Below, in pieces: positions 38,221-47,195 of a stretch of DNA of 64,000 nt. The DNA is from Longimicrobiales bacterium (GTDB lineage Bacteria > Gemmatimonadota > Gemmatimonadetes > Longimicrobiales > Gaopeijiaceae): contig OZ242008.1 in NCBI GenBank assembly GCA_965204735.1, forward strand, positions 448,001 to 512,000, read 5' to 3'. How positions within the stretch are numbered: position 1 is the first letter of the stretch; the number at the start of each line of letters is the position of its first letter. The position numbers and the translations under genes are program-made. The notes below the pieces were generated by a model that was not told where the DNA came from, made no database searches, and saw nothing but the letters and a program-made list of their open reading frames with translations.

Positions 38221-40814
38221 ACACACGAACCGCGACGGGGGTCGTCTCCGGCCTGTCCGTCTTGATCGTCGTCGCGTCCCTTCAGGAGGAGCCGGCCGGG
38301 TACTGGGCGCCGGAAGGCTTCGTGAGCCGGTCGGACGACATTGTGGCCAAGGGCGGGCTGGAGCTCATTTGCGGCGCGCGCGACTCAATCGTGGTCCGCT
38401 TGGAGCCGGACAGCCCCGACGAACGCTTCTTCCGGTCCAGCTACCTGCGGGCCGACGTGCGACGCTTCAACGCCGACCCTTCCGCCGCCCGCTCGCCGTT
38501 CCTGGTGGATGGTTGCCGCCTCTTGGGCGTGGACCCCTTCTACCATCGGGTCGACCTGCCCTACAACCGCGTTCCCCAGTGGACGGGACCCGTCCGCTTC
38601 GCCCAGGCCAGCCGAAGCGCCGCCTTCCGCGGCGGGCGGGACCAGCGCCTGCAGGTGGTCCATCCCCTGGAAAGCTTGGACGCAAGCACGAGCGAGCGGG
38701 TGGGGCTGGCTCGCCGACGGGCCTCTGCGCGCACCGAATTCCTTCGCTTCGAGGCGCCCCGCAGCCCGGAAGTGCTGGCGGAGGCGTACTTCGTGGGCGA
38801 CGAAGCGCCCGTGCTGGCGGACCGTCGGGACGTGGGCGCGCCCTCCATGCTGCGGCTGAACGGGTTCGCCGTGCCGCCGGGCCGGATCGCCCGGCTGGAG
38901 ACGGGGGACTGGGTCCAGCTGCAGCACCGGGAAGAAGTCTTCACCTACTTGGTGGACGGTTCGGACCGAGCCGGGCTGGTGTCGACGGCGTCGGCGGCGA
39001 ACGGGGGGACGCGACGGTACCTGGTCCCCCACCTGGCGCCTTTCGTGAGCGACTTGGCCCGGGCCCTGGAGGGCGGCCTCCACTCCACGCCCTCGGCCCG
39101 GGACGGCGGACCCGTCTCCCGCATGGAGGTACGCCTGGCCCTCGACCGGGAGCTGGAGACGACGACCCAGGCGCTGGTGGACGAGTGGTGCGAGCGGCAG
39201 CGCCTGCCCCGCCGTCCCCGAGCGGTTTCGGCGCTGGTCATGGACGCCTTTCGAGGAGACGTGCTGGCGATGCCCACCTGTCCCGGCGAGGCGGTCCTGG
39301 AAGACTACGGCCAGCTCTCGCGCCGCCTCCGGTCCCGCTACCTGCGCAACCAGAACCTGGTCCTGCACCCGGGCGGCTCGGCGCTGAAGCCGTTCTGGGC
39401 CGCCTCGATCGCCACGGCCTACCCCGGACTGCTGGACCTGGAGATTCCGGAGCACCCGCCCGGCGGCGTGGAGGACGTGTTCGGCTGCGCCTTGACCGTG
39501 CCCTACGGGTCCGGCGGACACGAGGGATGGGAAGGGTTGGAGGCGTTCCTGCGCACCTCGTGCAACCGCTACATGGTGGAGGCGGCCACGGCGGCGCTCC
39601 TGGCCGGCGCTGGGAGCCTGCCCGAGGGCTTGGCGCAAGGGTTGCCCGGACGGAACTCGCCCGGACGCGGCCCGCCCGGCCAGGGTTCGCCCGGACGCCT
39701 GCTCGCGGACGGCTCTCCCGCGCCCAGCGGCGCCAAGCGGGAAGTGCGCTTCTGCGACCAAGTGGTCGAAGTGGCGCTCGCCGACGGCCTGCCTTTCACC
39801 GGCGGTTCGTGCGAGGACCTTCGCCTTCTCGGCGAACGCTTCGCCCCCGGGCTTTCCTTCGAGCAGGTGACCGGCGCGGCCGTCTACCGCGATCGGGCGC
39901 CGGCCGCCGCTGCCGCCGGGGCCGAAGCCGCCAGCTTGGACGACGCCTACCGAGCGGGACGCTACCGGCTGGACCTCTGGCGCGGTCCCCTCGACGCCCT
40001 GCGGGTCGCCGGGGACACGGCGAACCCCGTGCACACGCGCCTGCGCTTCTCCGCCGTGTCGCCCCAGGTCACCAACTTGGCCCTCAACACCGTCGAGGAG
40101 CTGCGCCGGGACTGGGTGAACCTGCTCCTGGGCGGCGAGAACTCGCGCTGGAGCAACTTTCAGCTGGCCGAGGCCATGTCGCGCCTCATGACCGGCCGGG
40201 ACGTGCGGGGTCGGTTCGTCGTCTCTCCCACTGCGTGGGGAAGGGAGGCGGTCGGGTCCGCCGAGCCCCTGCCGGAAGACGCCCTGCACCCAGGCGCGCG
40301 CCGCCGGGTGCTCCACGCGATGGAACGGGTCGTTGGTCCCGGCGGCACCGCGGTCCGCCTTGCCCCGGCTGCGCGCCGTCTCGAGTCCGTGCTGCGCTCC
40401 GTGCCCGGCGCCGAGGACCACGACGTCTACGTCTTCGCCAAGACCGGAACGCCTGCCGTGTCCGTGCCCCTGCGAGACGGCCCCTTGACCCGGGAGGGGT
40501 CGGTGCTGGTCCTGGGCGTGCTCGTCGTGCCCCCGGAGGCGGGCCGCCGGGCCTCTCGCCGCCAGCCGGAGTGGATATCCGCGTGCCCGCTGGCGCCGGA
40601 CCTTCGGGCAGGCGTGCTGGGCGTGCCCCCTGTCGACTTCCTGGGCGACAGCTCTGGGCCGGGCGCCGCGCCGATGGGCTTCTCGGTCGCGTTCTTCCTG
40701 GACGACCTGGACCCTCGGGGCGGCGACGCGTCTGCGACGGAGCTGGCTGCCGACTTCCTGGAACCCTTGGCCAACTACGCCGCCCAGCGACTGGAACGGC
40801 AGCTTCGCAGGTAA
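38217..40814 (+). CDS. Penicillin-binding transpeptidase-domain protein (class B-like) with possible FHA-like N-terminal region (gene 7)
   Basis: VRLALDRELE, ALVMDAFRGDVLAM, SxxK = SALK (39378), SxN = SCN (39558), KTG (40440). Confidence 0.85.
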   Translation: MNTRTATGVVSGLSVLIVVASLQEEPAGYWAPEGFVSRSDDIVAKGGLELICGARDSIVVRLEPDSPDERFFRSSYLRADVRRFNADPSAARSPFLVDGCRLLGVDPFYHRVDLPYNRVPQWTGPVRFAQASRSAAFRGGRDQRLQVVHPLESLDASTSERVGLARRRASARTEFLRFEAPRSPEVLAEAYFVGDEAPVLADRRDVGAPSMLRLNGFAVPPGRIARLETGDWVQLQHREEVFTYLVDGSDRAGLVSTASAANGGTRRYLVPHLAPFVSDLARALEGGLHSTPSARDGGPVSRMEVRLALDRELETTTQALVDEWCERQRLPRRPRAVSALVMDAFRGDVLAMPTCPGEAVLEDYGQLSRRLRSRYLRNQNLVLHPGGSALKPFWAASIATAYPGLLDLEIPEHPPGGVEDVFGCALTVPYGSGGHEGWEGLEAFLRTSCNRYMVEAATAALLAGAGSLPEGLAQGLPGRNSPGRGPPGQGSPGRLLADGSPAPSGAKREVRFCDQVVEVALADGLPFTGGSCEDLRLLGERFAPGLSFEQVTGAAVYRDRAPAAAAAGAEAASLDDAYRAGRYRLDLWRGPLDALRVAGDTANPVHTRLRFSAVSPQVTNLALNTVEELRRDWVNLLLGGENSRWSNFQLAEAMSRLMTGRDVRGRFVVSPTAWGREAVGSAEPLPEDALHPGARRRVLHAMERVVGPGGTAVRLAPAARRLESVLRSVPGAEDHDVYVFAKTGTPAVSVPLRDGPLTREGSVLVLGVLVVPPEAGRRASRRQPEWISACPLAPDLRAGVLGVPPVDFLGDSSGPGAAPMGFSVAFFLDDLDPRGGDASATELAADFLEPLANYAAQRLERQLRR

Positions 40815-41005
40815 GCGGTCCGGCGCCCATCTTGCCCCCGGGGCGCCCGACGTGGAACGCCGCCGGCGCTGCCGTGTCGTCCGTTTTCGGTCCGCCCATC
40901 TTGCCCCCGGGCCTCTCGACGCTTCACCTTGTCGCCTGGAGCGCAAGCCGTTGCCCACGAGCGCAAGCACCGGCGCAAGCCAAGCGTCACTTCCCGGAGG
41001 ACCTC

Positions 41006-43051
41006 ATGCTCAACTTCCGCCCCGCCTTCCCCCTCGCCGCCGCCTCCGTCGCGGTCGCACTCGCCGCGTCCGTCTTCTCGTCGCCCGCCGCGGCCCAGGA
41101 CGAGCCCGACGGCGTTCTCAAGCTGGCGACCTACCTGGACTGGGAGTGGGTCGCGAACCCCCAGCTCTCCCCCGACGGCAGCCAAGTCCTCTACACGAAG
41201 TCGTGGGTGGACAAGATCAACGACCGTCGCGAGTCCTCGATCTACCTGATGAACGCCGACGGCACCCGGAAGCGCTTCCTGGTGGACGGCTCGTCGCCCA
41301 AGTGGTCTCCCTCCGGCGACCGGATCGCCTACACCGCTTCCGGCGAGCCCAGCGGCAGCCAGATCTTCGTGCGCTGGATGGACGACGAGGGCGCCGTCAC
41401 CCAAGTCACCCGCGTGACCAAGGGTCCCGGCAACGTCGAGTGGTCGCCCGACGGAACCCAGATTGCCTTCACCATGTCGGTGTCGTCGGACAACCCGTGG
41501 CCGATCTCGCTGCCCGGCCGGCCCGAGGGCGCCAAGTGGACCGAATCGCCCAAGGTCGTGGATCGCCTCCAGTACAGACGCGACCGGCGCGGGTACATAG
41601 ACGAGGGGTACACGCACCTCTTCGTCGTTCCGGCGGAAGGCGGGACCGCCCGGCAGCTCACCGACGGCGACTGGAACCACAACGGCGTCGCCTGGACCCC
41701 GGACGGCCGCGAGATCCTCTTCACCTCCTTGCGGGTGGAGGACGCGGAACACGAGTGGCGCCAGTCCGACATCTACTCGGTGACGGTGGCCACGGGCGAC
41801 ATTGCGCGGCTCACCGACCGCTCCGGTCCGGACGGCTCCCCCGTGCCTTCTCCCGACGGCCGGCTGATCGCCTACACCGGCAACGACCTCACCACCGACA
41901 CCTACATCACACGCAAGCTCTACGTGATGAACCGCGACGGCTCGGGCTCGCGCATGATCAGTCAGGGGTTCGACCGTCAGCCCAGCGGCCTGCTCTGGGC
42001 CGAGGACGGGAGCGGCTTGTACATGAACGTCAGGAACGAGGGGACGAGCAACGTCTGGTTCGCCTCGGTGGACGGCGGCGTCGAGCAGGTGACCGAGGGC
42101 AATCACATGCTGTCGGCGTCGTCGATCGAGGGCGACATGGCGGTGGGCACGCTCTCGGCCTACCACAAGCCCGGCGACGTGGTCGCGTTCTCGTTGCGCA
42201 GCCCGGGCGACATGACCCAGCTCACCGACGTGAACGCCGACGTGCTGGCGGGCGTCTCGCTGGGCGAAGTCGAGGAGGTGTGGTACAAGTCCGTCGAGGA
42301 CTACGACATCCAGGGTTGGATCATCAAGCCGCCGGACTTCGATCCGTCGCGCAAGTACCCCATGATCCTGGCGATCCACGGCGGACCCCACGGCATGTAC
42401 AACGTGGGCTTCAACTTCGGCTGGCAGAACCACGCCGCCAACGGCTACGTCGTGCTCTACACCAACCCCCGGGGCTCGTCGGGCTACGGCAGCGCCTTCG
42501 GCAACTCGATCAAGAACGCCTACCCCGGCAAGGACTTCGACGACCTGATGGCGGGCGTGGACTTGGTGATCGAGCAGGGCTACGTGGACGAGGACAACCT
42601 GTTTGTGTACGGGTGTTCCGGCGGGGGCGTGCTCACGTCGTGGGTGGTGGGCCACACGGACCGCTTCGCCGCCGCGTCGGCCAACTGTCCCGTCACCAAC
42701 TGGCTGTCGTTCGTGGGCACCACCGACGGCGCGAGCTGGTACCGCAACTTCGAGAAGTTCCCCTGGGACGACCCGTCGGAGCACCTGCGCCGCTCGCCCC
42801 TCATGTACGTGGGCAACGTGACCACGCCCACCATGCTCATGACGGGCGAAGGCGACCTGCGCACGCCCATGCCCCAGACCGAGGAGTACTACCAGGCGCT
42901 GCGGGTGCTCAAGGTCCCCACGGCCATGGTGCGCTTCAAGAACGAGTGGCACGGCACCAGCTCCACGCCGTCCAACTTCCTGCGGACCCAGATATACCTG
43001 CGCGAGTGGTTCCAGAAGCACGGCCGGGGAGGGTCGGTCACGGAGGAGTAG
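41006..43051 (+). CDS. S9 family (prolyl oligopeptidase/acylaminoacyl) peptidase with PD40 propeller
   Basis: Signal peptide; IHGGPH, NPRGSSGYG, nucleophile GCSGGG, GEGDLRTP, NEWH. GGAGG RBS. Confidence 0.93.
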   Translation: MLNFRPAFPLAAASVAVALAASVFSSPAAAQDEPDGVLKLATYLDWEWVANPQLSPDGSQVLYTKSWVDKINDRRESSIYLMNADGTRKRFLVDGSSPKWSPSGDRIAYTASGEPSGSQIFVRWMDDEGAVTQVTRVTKGPGNVEWSPDGTQIAFTMSVSSDNPWPISLPGRPEGAKWTESPKVVDRLQYRRDRRGYIDEGYTHLFVVPAEGGTARQLTDGDWNHNGVAWTPDGREILFTSLRVEDAEHEWRQSDIYSVTVATGDIARLTDRSGPDGSPVPSPDGRLIAYTGNDLTTDTYITRKLYVMNRDGSGSRMISQGFDRQPSGLLWAEDGSGLYMNVRNEGTSNVWFASVDGGVEQVTEGNHMLSASSIEGDMAVGTLSAYHKPGDVVAFSLRSPGDMTQLTDVNADVLAGVSLGEVEEVWYKSVEDYDIQGWIIKPPDFDPSRKYPMILAIHGGPHGMYNVGFNFGWQNHAANGYVVLYTNPRGSSGYGSAFGNSIKNAYPGKDFDDLMAGVDLVIEQGYVDEDNLFVYGCSGGGVLTSWVVGHTDRFAAASANCPVTNWLSFVGTTDGASWYRNFEKFPWDDPSEHLRRSPLMYVGNVTTPTMLMTGEGDLRTPMPQTEEYYQALRVLKVPTAMVRFKNEWHGTSSTPSNFLRTQIYLREWFQKHGRGGSVTEE

Positions 43052-43131
43052 GGGGTGCTCCGTCGGGGAGGCGGCGTCGGCGGCTGAGGCGGACCGGCCA
43101 GCCGTCTACCCCGACGGGGCCGACGCCACCC
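43052..43131. terminator. GC-rich imperfect hairpin between convergent genes
   Basis: CCGTCGGGGAGGCGGC pairs with GCCGTCTACCCCGACGG. No U-tract. Confidence 0.3.
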
Positions 43132-43250
43132 CGTCCGCCGGTGTGCCACCGCTGGCGGAAGCGGACGCCCAGCCCCTTGGCAGATTTCTACCCCCTGAAA
43201 TGTCCGTCGCGGTGTCCCGGTTTTGACGCTCGAGCTGTCCGGGCTGTGGG

Positions 43251-45488
43251 CTACGCCGAACCGAAGAGGTCGGCGGCGTAGTCGTCCTTGTCCAGGAACT
43301 CGCTCCGACGTCCGTAGCTGAGCACCAGCAGCTCCTTCTTGGCGCGGGTGGCGGCCACGTACACCAGGGCGCGCTCGCCCGTTTCCGCCGACTCGCGGGC
43401 CGCGTCGTCGCCGGTCTCGCGGAGCGCTGCGGAGAGCGGCACCAAGCGACGGTTGACGCTGGCGATCAGCACGCGGTCGAACTCCAATCCCTTCACGCGG
43501 TGCATCGTCGCCAAGCGGACGCAATCGTCGTGTTCGTGGTCCGGGTTGGCGTGTTCCAAGACATGGACTTCCACGTCCCTGTCCCGTAGTCCGTCGGCCA
43601 GTGCGTCGCGCTCGCTCCGCGTCCTGGTGACGACGCACGCGCCGCGCAGCGGCTCGTCGCGCTGCGACATCTTGTCCAGGTACTGGGCGATCCAGTTCGC
43701 TTGCTCGCTCCGGCTGCCGAAGTGGCGCAAGCGCGGTTCGGGGCCGTGTGTGAGGGACTTGAAGTCGCGGTTGTCGTCCCGGCCGCCGTCCAGGTCGTCG
43801 ATCTCGCGGTCTTCCAGCAGTCCGACGGCCCAGGCGCGGGTCTCCTCGGTGGTGCGGTAGCCCAGCCGCAACTTGCGCGACCGGCCTCGGATGTTGATGC
43901 CGCACCGTCCCAGCACGACATTGCTCCGCCCGTAGATGCGCTGGTGCCCGTCGCCCACCACGAACAGGTCGTCCTTGCCCTCGGGGACGATGTTGCGGAT
44001 CAGCTTGAATGCGGGCGCGCCCAGGTCCTGGGCCTCGTCGACGATCACGGAGGCGTAGTCCGCGCCTGGAGTGTTCCGTTCGCGCTGGAGGAGCGCGGCC
44101 GCGTCGCGGTAGGCGTCGTCCACTTCCTTGATCCTGCGCTCCGCCAGCTGCGCCCGGTACTCCGCGAAGACGGGCCAAACCTTGGCCCTGGCGTTGCGGC
44201 CGAGCCGTGTGCCCCGGCCGGCGCGGAAGACGCGCAAGTACTCGTCTTCGGTCTCGATTCCGTGGGCCTGCACGACGTGCTGCCACTCCTCTGCGTAGAA
44301 GGCGTCGGCGTACTCCAAGGCGGGGTCCCGAAGGGTCATGGCGTGGTCCCACGCGGCCCGTGCGTGCTCGTCCCGGTCCTTGTCGTAGGCGATCTGGAAA
44401 TCGTACCCCTGGCGGCGCAGGAACCCGACGACCCACCGGTCCAGGTTGGTCACCTCGATCCGCTCCATCGCCTCGGGCGAGCAGATCGAGCGCAAGTTGT
44501 TCTCGATGTCGGCGGCCAAGTTGCGGGTGAAGGTGACAAAGAGAATGCGCCTGCGCGCACCGTCCGTTCGGGTCCCGCCGTTGTCGCTGTCGCAGTCCGG
44601 GTCCGCCATCTGCCGAGCCAGCCAGCGCGCCCGGTGCATGGCCACGACCGTCTTGCCGGTGCCTGCGCCGCCCAGCACGCGAACGGGACCGTTCCAGCGT
44701 CGCTCCACCAGCCTGCGTTGCGATGGATGCAAGAAGACTCGCCACCGCTCCAAAGGCGCGTTGAGCACTTGCTGGAGAGCCGCCTCGTCGTCCGCCACGA
44801 CGAATCGAGCACGCGATTCGTCCCGGCCCAAGGCCGTCTCGAAGTCGTCGGTGTCGACCGTTTTGCTGGGAGCCTCGCGTTCGAGGATCAGCTCCTCGTA
44901 GGAGTCGCCGGCCAGAAAGTAGAAGAGCGATTCGTAGGCGTCGTTCGGCAGGCGTTCCTGCATCGCTTCGAGGTCTGCGTCGTCGCGGACCGTTCGGACT
45001 TCCTCGAGCATTGCCTGCGGAACTCCCAAGCGCACAAGTTGGCGGTCCTTGAGCTGGTCGAAGGCGGACGGGTCCGACGGGGTCGCCGCCGCGCTGGGTG
45101 ATGCGGCCGAGCTCTGGCCGGAGTTGGCGGGCTGTGACGCGAAGACCTGCACGGTGCCGGTTTCGGGGTTGACGGCGCAATCCTTGCGCATGGCCCAGGC
45201 GTACGCGTCGTCGTGCTTGGCCGCCCAGAGAAGAAGGTGGAGCCCGCCCTGCCCGGTGTCGTAGACGATCGCGCGGTAGGCTTGGTCGAGCCGCACCGAG
45301 CGCATCTTCGGGCTCCGCGCATTGCGGATGCGTTCGTAATTCAGCCCGGGCGCCGTGGGGTTCTCCCTCAGCTTGTGAATAAGTCTGTCGACCCGTTGCT
45401 GCTGTGCTCTCGGCAACTTTGCGAAGGCGCCGAAGAAGCTGTCCGAGATTGCGAGCTTGTAGTGTCCCCTCGCGACGCGTCCCCTCAC
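43251..45488 (-). CDS. UvrD-like SF1 helicase with N-terminal RelE/ParE-like domain
   Basis: GGAGTGKT, IVDEAQD, GDGHQRIY, TMHRVKGLEF, YVAATRAK. N-terminal SVRLDQAYRAIV..HDDAY. GTGA overlap. Confidence 0.88.
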   Translation of the reverse strand: MRGRVARGHYKLAISDSFFGAFAKLPRAQQQRVDRLIHKLRENPTAPGLNYERIRNARSPKMRSVRLDQAYRAIVYDTGQGGLHLLLWAAKHDDAYAWAMRKDCAVNPETGTVQVFASQPANSGQSSAASPSAAATPSDPSAFDQLKDRQLVRLGVPQAMLEEVRTVRDDADLEAMQERLPNDAYESLFYFLAGDSYEELILEREAPSKTVDTDDFETALGRDESRARFVVADDEAALQQVLNAPLERWRVFLHPSQRRLVERRWNGPVRVLGGAGTGKTVVAMHRARWLARQMADPDCDSDNGGTRTDGARRRILFVTFTRNLAADIENNLRSICSPEAMERIEVTNLDRWVVGFLRRQGYDFQIAYDKDRDEHARAAWDHAMTLRDPALEYADAFYAEEWQHVVQAHGIETEDEYLRVFRAGRGTRLGRNARAKVWPVFAEYRAQLAERRIKEVDDAYRDAAALLQRERNTPGADYASVIVDEAQDLGAPAFKLIRNIVPEGKDDLFVVGDGHQRIYGRSNVVLGRCGINIRGRSRKLRLGYRTTEETRAWAVGLLEDREIDDLDGGRDDNRDFKSLTHGPEPRLRHFGSRSEQANWIAQYLDKMSQRDEPLRGACVVTRTRSERDALADGLRDRDVEVHVLEHANPDHEHDDCVRLATMHRVKGLEFDRVLIASVNRRLVPLSAALRETGDDAARESAETGERALVYVAATRAKKELLVLSYGRRSEFLDKDDYAADLFGSA

Positions 45489-47182
45489 GACTCGTTCCCC
45501 GGCGGATTGAGCGTCTTTCCGATGACGTCCAGCTTCTGGATCACCTCTGGATGAATCTCCTCGGGCGTCATGGCGGCGGCCAGCAGGAAGAGATCGCGCT
45601 TGGGAGTCGGTGCGCCGACCTCCTCCAGCAACGGCACCAGAAACTCGTTGCTTGCCTTGACCCGCGACAGCGCCGGATGGTCGCCGAAGTAGTCGGTGCC
45701 GACGGGAATCTGTCTGTCGAAGGCGTTCCGCACAAGCTTCCGGTGCAGAGGAAGGCCGACGAAGCGCCCGACGCTCTCCGGCTGGAGCAGGTAGTTCTCG
45801 ATCTCGTAGCGTCGCCAGCGGAGCACCTTCATGCCGGCCCTGGTCGTCTCGGCGTCCGGCTTGTTCTTGTTGTCGCCGTCCAGAAGGCACGCCGCCCGGA
45901 TATGCGGAAACGCCGCCCGCAAAGCGAAGAAGTGGTTCTTGGCGTCCCTGATGCTGCTGCCCGCCAAGTGGTGGACGAAGGGGCGCGCAAGGAAGCGGCG
46001 GGAGGGATGCTCCAAGGTGTCCGCCCACTCCTTCAAGATGCGTTCGTCCGACTCGTTCTCGACGTAGAGGACGGCCCCGACCTCCTGTCCCAGCAGCAGA
46101 TCGGTGGTCGTCAGTCGCTTGAGGGCCTCGCGAAGCTGGTCGCTTTCGGTGGGCGTCGTCAGCGCGCGATACTGGTCGCCGTAGAAGCTGAGCACTCGTT
46201 CTGGAGCCGTGGCGTCCAGGACGACTTCGGAGTGAGTGGCCAGGACGACTTGCCCGCCGCGCTCGCGAGCCACCTTGCGGAGCAGGCCGTACACTTGTTT
46301 CTGCAGGACGATGTGCTGGTGCGCATCGGGTTCGTCGAGCAGGATCACCGACGCCGGGCGCGCATGGAGAAACGCCAGCAGAAGGACGACCTGGAGGGTG
46401 CCGCTGCCGGCGTTGGCCAAGTCCAGGGGGCGACCCGCTACCTTCGGCTCGTCGTATTCGCACAAGATGTAGGGCTGGGCCGGCGAGTAGACCGGCTTCC
46501 GGATGACGATCCCGAACAGGTCGCGGACGTGTCCGACCAGGGCGTCCCAATCGCCGTTCTCCTTTTGGGCCGCTTCCAGCAAGAGGTTGCGCAAGATGCC
46601 GCCGGCCTGCCCCTGTCCTACAAGCAGGTCCTGCATCCCTTTGTCCAAGCGGGGCTCGTCCCGCTGCACGCCGACCAGCGGCGGGACGTGCACGACCTCC
46701 AGGTCGGCGGCTTGATGCGGCGGAAAGTCGCGAATGCTCTCGCGGTCGAGCTTCTTTGCGCCCCGGGGCCGCACGTACACCATCTCCGGGTTCGCGTACT
46801 GGAACTCCAGGCCGCACTCCCAGGGGGCCTCCCCGCCCCCTTCCAGCACGATCTCGATCAGCCTGGGCGTGCCCGGCGGCCTTCCTTTCTTGGTTGTCCG
46901 CGTGACTCGGCGGTCGCGCCAAAGCAGGTTCATCTCCCGAAGCGGCGTCGCCGTCAGCTCGCCCCGCGTGATCGAGACGCCGGACCGCTTGACCGCGCTG
47001 CTGGCGCTGCCCGCCCCACGCCGGACGGCCCAGCGGTCCATGCCCATCTTCCATGTCGCAATCGCCTGAAGCAGGGTGGACTTCCCGGCGTTGTTGGGTC
47101 CCGCCAGCACCACCGAGTCGGCAAGCTCGAACGTCTGCTCTTCGAAGCGCTTGAAGTTGCGGACCGTGACGCGACGGATCAT
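45485..47182 (-). CDS. ABC-type ATPase + TOPRIM-like domain (OLD-family-like ATP-dependent nuclease)
   Basis: VRNFKRF, GPNNAGKST, AGSG signature, LLDEPDAH, ATHS; C-terminal YVENESD..LLDGD..EIENY. Confidence 0.8.
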   Translation of the reverse strand: MIRRVTVRNFKRFEEQTFELADSVVLAGPNNAGKSTLLQAIATWKMGMDRWAVRRGAGSASSAVKRSGVSITRGELTATPLREMNLLWRDRRVTRTTKKGRPPGTPRLIEIVLEGGGEAPWECGLEFQYANPEMVYVRPRGAKKLDRESIRDFPPHQAADLEVVHVPPLVGVQRDEPRLDKGMQDLLVGQGQAGGILRNLLLEAAQKENGDWDALVGHVRDLFGIVIRKPVYSPAQPYILCEYDEPKVAGRPLDLANAGSGTLQVVLLLAFLHARPASVILLDEPDAHQHIVLQKQVYGLLRKVARERGGQVVLATHSEVVLDATAPERVLSFYGDQYRALTTPTESDQLREALKRLTTTDLLLGQEVGAVLYVENESDERILKEWADTLEHPSRRFLARPFVHHLAGSSIRDAKNHFFALRAAFPHIRAACLLDGDNKNKPDAETTRAGMKVLRWRRYEIENYLLQPESVGRFVGLPLHRKLVRNAFDRQIPVGTDYFGDHPALSRVKASNEFLVPLLEEVGAPTPKRDLFLLAAAMTPEEIHPEVIQKLDVIGKTLNPPGNES

Positions 47183-47195
47183 CGTGGCGCGCCTC

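Noticed and set aside
35005..40814. Calling genes 6-7 housekeeping rodA-mrdA or ftsW-ftsI
   Set aside because: Sizes, motifs and context (no mre, mur or fts genes) do not fit.
40818..40912. 19-bp direct repeat CGCCCATCTTGCCCCCGGG in an intergenic region
   Set aside because: Two copies only, consistent with the general local duplication tendency; no evidence for an att site or regulatory role.
33043..43051. 1725-aa and 1647-aa ORFs as giant fusions
   Set aside because: Their N-terminal parts are off-frame reads through real neighbouring genes. True starts are 35005 and 41006, supported by overlap and RBS.
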